From positions 1 to 42,934 of the forward strand of contig CALSWN010000028.1 of the NCBI GenBank assembly GCA_943841085.1: 42,934 bases of DNA. Reading direction: 5' to 3'. A model generated the notes under the pieces. The model was not told the origin of the DNA. It worked only from the letters and a program-made list of their open reading frames with translations, and searched no databases. Below are positions 37,739 through 42,934 of the stretch, one piece after another (the first letter of the stretch is position 1; each line of letters opens with the position of its first letter). Origin of the DNA: an uncultured Candidatus Pelagibacter sp. Its GTDB lineage: Bacteria; Pseudomonadota; Alphaproteobacteria; Pelagibacterales; Pelagibacteraceae. Made by a program: the position numbers and the translations under genes.

Positions 37739-38419
37739 ATGAATATTAAGTTTAAAAAATTAAATAAAACAATAGTTAATTGTAAAAAATGTCCTCGTTT
37801 AACTAATTTTATAAAGAAAATTTCTACTGAAAAAAGAAAACAAAATATAAACGAAAAATATTGGGGTAAACCTGTCCATGGTTTTGGGGATAATAAAGCA
37901 AAATTAATGATTTTAGGTTTAGCACCTGCTTCGCACGGTGGAACTAGAACTGGTAGAGTTTTTACTGGTGATAAGTCAGGAGATTTTTTATTTAAGAGTC
38001 TTTATACAGTAAAAATTTCTAATCAAAATTTTTCAGAAAGTATAAATGATAACTTAAAACTAGACTCAACTTATATCACAAATATTATTAAATGTGTTCC
38101 ACCAAATGATAAACCCTTAAATACTGAGCTAGCAAATTGTTCTAATTATTTTATCAGTGAATTAGATAATTTAAAAAGCTTAAAAATAATAGTTGCTTTA
38201 GGAAAAGTTGCATTTGATAATTGTTTAAAAATATACAAAAAAAAATTTAAAATTAATGCAAAATTTCAATTTAAACATGGTAAAAAATATTTACTTCCTG
38301 ATAATAAAATACTTATTGCTTGTTACCATCCAAGTCCAAGAAATGTTAATACTAAAATTATTAACCTAAAGATGATTAATCAACTATTTAGAAAGGCAAA
38401 AAAAATTGCTAGTGTTTAA
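37739..38419 (+). CDS. Uracil-DNA glycosylase, family 5 (UdgB-like, Fe-S)
   Basis: C..CPRL, GLAPA.HG..RTGR.FTGD.SG, KC.PP..KP and YHPSP.N motifs. Confidence 0.9.
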   Translation: MNIKFKKLNKTIVNCKKCPRLTNFIKKISTEKRKQNINEKYWGKPVHGFGDNKAKLMILGLAPASHGGTRTGRVFTGDKSGDFLFKSLYTVKISNQNFSESINDNLKLDSTYITNIIKCVPPNDKPLNTELANCSNYFISELDNLKSLKIIVALGKVAFDNCLKIYKKKFKINAKFQFKHGKKYLLPDNKILIACYHPSPRNVNTKIINLKMINQLFRKAKKIASV

Positions 38420-38831
38420 TACTATCACAAAAATAAGGCCTAAACTTTGAATAAATTTTTTCTGGAATTTTGACTGGTTTTCCATCTTTATTTATAAAAA
38501 CTAAGTGTGTTTTAGCCTCAACAATTGTTTCATTTCCTTTAGTGATTATTTGTGTCATAAAAAAAGAAGTTTTTGTAATTGATTTTACAAAAGATCTAAT
38601 GGTTAACTCGTTTTCTAAATACGCAGATTTTTTATAATCAATATTGCATGACTTAACAATTATCAATAAACCATATAGTTGTTCAATTTTTTTATTACTA
38701 AACCCAATTGAAAATAATGCTTCAGTTCTCGCTCTTTCTAAGAACTTTAAGTAGTTAGCATAATATACTACTCCACCTGAATCTGTGTCTTCATAATAAA
38801 CTTTAATCTTATGAAAAAAATTTTCATGCAT
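38409..38831 (-). CDS. ybgC: YbgC-like acyl-CoA thioesterase
   Basis: VYYEDTDSGGVVYYANYLKFLERARTE motif. Confidence 0.85.
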   Translation of the reverse strand: MHENFFHKIKVYYEDTDSGGVVYYANYLKFLERARTEALFSIGFSNKKIEQLYGLLIIVKSCNIDYKKSAYLENELTIRSFVKSITKTSFFMTQIITKGNETIVEAKTHLVFINKDGKPVKIPEKIYSKFRPYFCDSIKH

Positions 38832-38886
38832 ATTGAAACTATACCAAATAATTAATAATTATACAGAAACTAAGATATAAGATCAT

Positions 38887-39027
38887 ATGAATATTTTTAT
38901 AATATGGTTGATAATGGTAATTGCTTGGAACTTTGGTTACCCCGGAGCATCGCCTCTGGAAGATGTTATTGTGTCTGTTGCTTTATTCTTATTTAACCTT
39001 ATTTTGAAAAAATATTTTAAACTTTGA
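38887..39027 (+). CDS. Small two-TM membrane protein (46 aa, not in ORF track)
   Basis: Hand translation MNIFIIWLIMVIAWNFGYPGASPLEDVIVSVALFLFNLILKKYFKL; its stop abuts the stop of the convergent gene. Confidence 0.7.
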   Translation: MNIFIIWLIMVIAWNFGYPGASPLEDVIVSVALFLFNLILKKYFKL

Positions 39028-39672
39028 TTATTTTGCTGAAAAATAAATATTTTGATAATAAGAGACTGCACTTAATCCTGAATTATCTGTATCTGACATT
39101 AAAGCTATACCATTTAATTCATTAACATCTAAATTATGAAATTTTTTAAAGTGATCTTTAACATTAACTTTAACAGTAACCCATTTATTAAAATTATCTT
39201 TAGTGGTTGATAGAATATAATCTATTGATTGCTTTGTATAAGGGCTTCTCCAATTTTCCCCTATATTATTATTACTTGAAAATACATAATTTATAGCTTT
39301 GTTAGATAATGCGGTCATTCCCGTCTTTTTAATAACAAACACTCTTGCTGCATAATCATGACCTTTTTTACTAGATTCATCAATTCCTACTAAATCTTTT
39401 TCTACTTTCCAGGTAATATTTAAAAATGGAGTCTTTTTTAAATCAATTTTAATCTTTTTTCCCAATCCAGATCCAGCTGCATTAGCTTCAGCTTTGATAT
39501 AATTACCTTTTTCATTGCTGCCGAGAGTCCAAATAGTTTCTCCCTTGACTTTTTTTTTCTCTAAACTAGCAAATTCATTTTGAGTGAACTCAAAAGCAAT
39601 AATCTTTTCAGCAAATGTTTTGTTTAAAAATAAGATAAATGTCAATAACGATACTAAGAACAATTTTTTCAT
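39028..39672 (-). CDS. DUF3047-like exported protein
   Basis: TP.L...WKV, DE..K.G.DYAARVFV, SPYT and GIALMSDTDNSG...YY..I.F motifs. Start re-called to MKKLF (signal peptide). Confidence 0.85.
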   Translation of the reverse strand: MKKLFLVSLLTFILFLNKTFAEKIIAFEFTQNEFASLEKKKVKGETIWTLGSNEKGNYIKAEANAAGSGLGKKIKIDLKKTPFLNITWKVEKDLVGIDESSKKGHDYAARVFVIKKTGMTALSNKAINYVFSSNNNIGENWRSPYTKQSIDYILSTTKDNFNKWVTVKVNVKDHFKKFHNLDVNELNGIALMSDTDNSGLSAVSYYQNIYFSAK

Positions 39673-39763
39673 TATAGTTTTATATATTTGAAATTTTGAA
39701 AAAAACAACATTTGAACATACTTTAAACATTCTAAGATCAATATTTCTGACTAAAAGACAGTT

Positions 39764-39880
39764 ATGAAATCAATCTCTATATTTTTTCTCTTAATATATT
39801 GGTCAGTAATACTTCTAGCACCTGTTATTTCTAAGGATAACAAAATTGAAACAAACCTGAAAATAACTCTTAATAAGTAG
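39764..39880 (+). CDS. Possible 38-aa peptide with a signal- or TM-like segment (not in ORF track)
   Basis: Hand translation MKSISIFFLLIYWSVILLAPVISKDNKIETNLKITLNK; its stop overlaps the end of the convergent SDR gene. Confidence 0.35.
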   Translation: MKSISIFFLLIYWSVILLAPVISKDNKIETNLKITLNK

Positions 39881-40616
39881 ATCTACCACCACTAATATCA
39901 AACACTGCTGCTGTAGAAAATGAATTTTCTTCTGAGGAAAGCCAACATATCAAAGAAGTAAACTCCTCTACCTCTAAAAATCTACATCTTGGGACTTTTG
40001 AAAGCATCCTCGCAACATGTTCTTTAGACATTTGATCCAATATTCTAGTTTTAGCTCCTGCTGGCGTAACTGCGTTTACAGCAATATTTTTATTTGCTAA
40101 CTCTTTACCTAGTGACTTAGTTAAGCCAATTGCTCCTGCTTTTGCTGAACTATAAGCACTTGCATTTGCATTTCCATCTTTTCCAGCAACTGATGCAACA
40201 TTTACAATCCTTCCATAGTCATTTTTAATCATATAAGGCACTACAGATTTACAGCAATTAAAAGTACCCATTAAATTAATTTGCACTATCTTATTCCATT
40301 CATCTACATCATAATCCCATAGAGTTGCTGTTGAACCAGTAATTCCTGCATTATTAATCAAAATGTCTATATTGCTTGACTTAGAAATTTCATCAACTGT
40401 ATCCTTAACTTGTTTAAAATTTGAAACATCAACAACATTAAAAGAAAGGTTTGGGTTGTTTATTTCTTTTGAGACTTTTATTAATTCGTTTTCATCTATG
40501 TCCCAAATTATAGCATTTGCGCCTGAATTTAAAAATCTTTTAGTTATGTCAAGACCAAATCCTTGAGCACCACCAGTTATAATTGCCGTTTTATTTTTTA
40601 AATCAAATTGATGCAT
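39870..40616 (-). CDS. Classical short-chain dehydrogenase/reductase
   Basis: TGGAQGFG, NNAGI, S and YSSAK motifs. Confidence 0.92.
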   Translation of the reverse strand: MHQFDLKNKTAIITGGAQGFGLDITKRFLNSGANAIIWDIDENELIKVSKEINNPNLSFNVVDVSNFKQVKDTVDEISKSSNIDILINNAGITGSTATLWDYDVDEWNKIVQINLMGTFNCCKSVVPYMIKNDYGRIVNVASVAGKDGNANASAYSSAKAGAIGLTKSLGKELANKNIAVNAVTPAGAKTRILDQMSKEHVARMLSKVPRCRFLEVEEFTSLICWLSSEENSFSTAAVFDISGGRSTY

Positions 40617-40620
40617 GATG

Positions 40621-42078
40621 TTATTTACTAGCTAATAGATAATAAGTCAAAGATGAAGCTAGCATACCACCTATCCATGAATATGATTGTAAATGCATCA
40701 AATTTTCATTCCAAATTGTTGCAGCAGCAAAAATAAAACCTATCACTAGAGAATAGATGGCTTTAAAGTGCCAACCACTAGAATAGAAATAAGCACCATT
40801 TTTATCTGTTGAAAATATATCTTTGCTTACTAGTTTACTTTTTTTAATTAAATAATAATCTGTTATGATTATCCCAAAAAATGGTCCAAAAAAAGATCCA
40901 AAAGTGTCAATAAAAGATAAAGTGCCAATTTGACTTAACAATGTAAGCCAAAAAATTCCAATAACAAAACCAAAAATAAAAATTATAATTGCAGTACTTT
41001 TTAAGTCAAGTTTGGAAGGCATAAAATTTAATAGAGAATTTTGAGTTGGAATATAGTTTGCTATCAAATTTGTTGAAGAAGATGCAAACAAAATAAAAAA
41101 AAGTACTGTTACTGTTATTAAAATATTATCAAATTTGCCAATTATATCAGTAGGATTAGTTAAAATTCTACTCATGTTTTCTAAATTTTTATTTAAAATA
41201 ACGTCGGCGCCAATAACAATAAACACTGCAAAAAATGAAAAAATAATTAAATTCAAAAATAAACTTAAATTACCTTTCTTTAGTTCACTTTCATCTTTAA
41301 CATATCGAGTAAAATCTCCATAATTTAATAAAATTATTGAAAAATATGAAAAAATAGTTCCAGCTATTGTAAAAATTGGAGCTATATTAGATTTAATAAA
41401 AAGACTTTCATAAATAAATAAATCTAAAAATCCTCGAGTTACGTATTCATAATCGTAAAGTATTACTACTAAAAAAAATAATAATATTCCAAAATAAACT
41501 ATTATCGCAGATAAATTGATAAATAGTTTATTAAATTTATGGCTTTTGCTAAACAAATATATTTGAAATACAATTGCCAATAAAAAAGCAACACCGTCAA
41601 TGATATTTAGTCCTAACAAAAATATTAAAAAAATCTCTTGCTCTAGCAATACATTATCAACCGAAAAAATTAGTATTCTAATTAAATAACTAAATGCTTT
41701 TGATAAAAAATATGTTTGAATACCAAACATAAAAATTCCTACCAATCCTCTTATTAATGTAAAATATTTAGCTCCCTTAATACCAAAAGAAGTTCTTAAC
41801 AAAACAGTAAAAGGAATTCCATGCCTTTGGGATGGTTTGCTTATTAAGTTTGCGAACAAATAAACAAAAAAAGTTCCTGCTAAACAACCAACAAAAACTA
41901 CTAAAAAATTGAGCTCATAAACTAGATAAAGTGAAGTTATTAAAGAAAAAGCAATAATACTTTGAATATTAACGCCCCAAAAACAAAAAAGGTCAGTCCA
42001 TGACCACGTTTTATCATTTGGGTTTACAGAAACCAGTTCCCAATTTATTAAATTATTTTTAGATTTATCTTGATTCAC
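40621..42078 (-). CDS. NCS1-family nucleobase:cation symporter (GTG start)
   Basis: About 12 TM segments; HGIPF.VLLR.SFG.KGA, DFTRY, STN..AN and GP..GI...DYY motifs. Confidence 0.88.
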   Translation of the reverse strand: MNQDKSKNNLINWELVSVNPNDKTWSWTDLFCFWGVNIQSIIAFSLITSLYLVYELNFLVVFVGCLAGTFFVYLFANLISKPSQRHGIPFTVLLRTSFGIKGAKYFTLIRGLVGIFMFGIQTYFLSKAFSYLIRILIFSVDNVLLEQEIFLIFLLGLNIIDGVAFLLAIVFQIYLFSKSHKFNKLFINLSAIIVYFGILLFFLVVILYDYEYVTRGFLDLFIYESLFIKSNIAPIFTIAGTIFSYFSIILLNYGDFTRYVKDESELKKGNLSLFLNLIIFSFFAVFIVIGADVILNKNLENMSRILTNPTDIIGKFDNILITVTVLFFILFASSSTNLIANYIPTQNSLLNFMPSKLDLKSTAIIIFIFGFVIGIFWLTLLSQIGTLSFIDTFGSFFGPFFGIIITDYYLIKKSKLVSKDIFSTDKNGAYFYSSGWHFKAIYSLVIGFIFAAATIWNENLMHLQSYSWIGGMLASSLTYYLLASK

Positions 42079-42102
42079 TAGTTTATAATAAACTAATAAA
42101 TT

Positions 42103-42934
42103 CTACTGTCCATACAGATAGGATGGAAGCCATAAAGCAATCTGAGGAAATACTATAATTAAAATTAATCCAATGACTTGAATTACCATAAATTGCATCA
42201 TTCCATAGTATATATCTTTTAGATCCCATTCTGGCACAACACCTTTTAAAAAATATGCTGATAGTGCTACTGGTGGTGAGAGCCAAGCTGTTTGGAGGTT
42301 GACAGCCACTAAAATTGCAAACCATGTTAAATTAAAGCCTAAAGCCTCAACTAATGGCAATATAATTGGAACTATAATCATTACGATAGGCACCCACTCA
42401 AGAGGCCAACCCAAAAGAAAAATCATAGCCATTATCATTGCAAGAATTAAGTATTTATTCATTTCTAAACTAAGTAAAAACTCCGTTAGCAACATTGGAG
42501 TTCCTAATCTTGAAAAAACTGCCCCAAAAAAATTTGAAGCTGCAACCAAAACCATGATTAATGCTGAAATTTCTAAAGTTTTAACTAGAGCATCCTGCAG
42601 TTTTGTTAAAGTTAATTTCTTATAAGCTAAAGCTAAAATTAATGAGCCCATAGCTCCACAACCTGCTGCTTCTGTTGGAGTAGCAAACACAAAAAGTATA
42701 CTGCCCAATGCAGCAAAGACTAATGCTGCCGGTGGAACCAAGCCCAAAAAGAATTCAATCCAAACAGCTTTCATACTTGTGGCTCTTAACTCTGGTGGTA
42801 AAACTGGACCTAAGCTTGGATCAATCCAACATCTAATTGTTGTGTAGGCGGCATAAAGAGTTGCTAACAATATTCCAGGAATAATAGCGGCAGCAAATAA
42901 ATCTGTTACTGGAATTTCCATTAAAGGCCCCATT
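42103..42934 (-). CDS. dctM: TRAP transporter large permease (DctM family), 5' truncated by window edge
   Basis: LFAAAIIPG, ATPTEAA, LG.PLEW and LSPPVA motifs; C-terminal FPQIALWLP. Confidence 0.9.
   Translation of the reverse strand, partial: MGPLMEIPVTDLFAAAIIPGILLATLYAAYTTIRCWIDPSLGPVLPPELRATSMKAVWIEFFLGLVPPAALVFAALGSILFVFATPTEAAGCGAMGSLILALAYKKLTLTKLQDALVKTLEISALIMVLVAASNFFGAVFSRLGTPMLLTEFLLSLEMNKYLILAMIMAMIFLLGWPLEWVPIVMIIVPIILPLVEALGFNLTWFAILVAVNLQTAWLSPPVALSAYFLKGVVPEWDLKDIYYGMMQFMVIQVIGLILIIVFPQIALWLPSYLYGQ

Noticed and set aside
39673-39741. N-terminal extension of the DUF3047-like ORF
   Set aside because: The signal peptide begins at MKKLF (39672); the upstream codons look non-coding.
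2792-42625. ORF-track shadow ORFs: 2792-3043, 4234-4527, 10829-11038, 11141-11428, 11781-12104, 20383-20655, 20699-20881, 21236-21418, 21362-21607, 21774-21956, 24073-24258, 25405-25611, 26948-27148, 29394-29600, 30600-30803, 32301-32525, 33381-33566, 34530-34718, 35444-35653, 35763-36068, 40363-40566, 41135-41323, 42083-42325, 42299-42625
   Set aside because: All lie antisense or out of frame within well-supported genes and show no recognisable motifs.
1-42934. CRISPR arrays, IS elements and phase-variable poly-A/T tracts
   Set aside because: No regularly spaced repeats or transposases were seen. A/T homopolymers are expected at this base composition, and I saw no reading frame broken by one.

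Overview
Very AT-rich, densely packed chromosomal window with overlapping genes and tiny intergenic gaps. Gene content and streamlining suggest a SAR11/Pelagibacterales alphaproteobacterium; this is an inference, and no search was run. Core genes: dusA, rpoZ, apt, rfbB, tRNA-Met, tRNA-Leu-tig-clpP-clpX-lon, a family-5 UDG and a YbgC-like thioesterase. Transporters: two TRAP systems, a polar amino-acid ABC system with no ATPase gene in the window, MFS, SemiSWEET, TauE and NCS1. Cell-surface glycan genes are scattered through the window (GT2-FkbM fusion, GT4, GT9, GT2, LicD, GT17). The most interesting element is at 17.8-24.3 kb: an apparent operon of mtnP, mtnA, a FucA-like aldolase and a SpeD-SpeE fusion, with apt divergent and a basic-amino-acid-type ABC uptake system downstream. 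It reads as polyamine synthesis physically coupled to a DHAP-shunt route for recycling the MTA by-product. Four short ORFs missed by the ORF track and several structured intergenic elements were also found. No CRISPR array, rRNA, integrase or transposase was seen.
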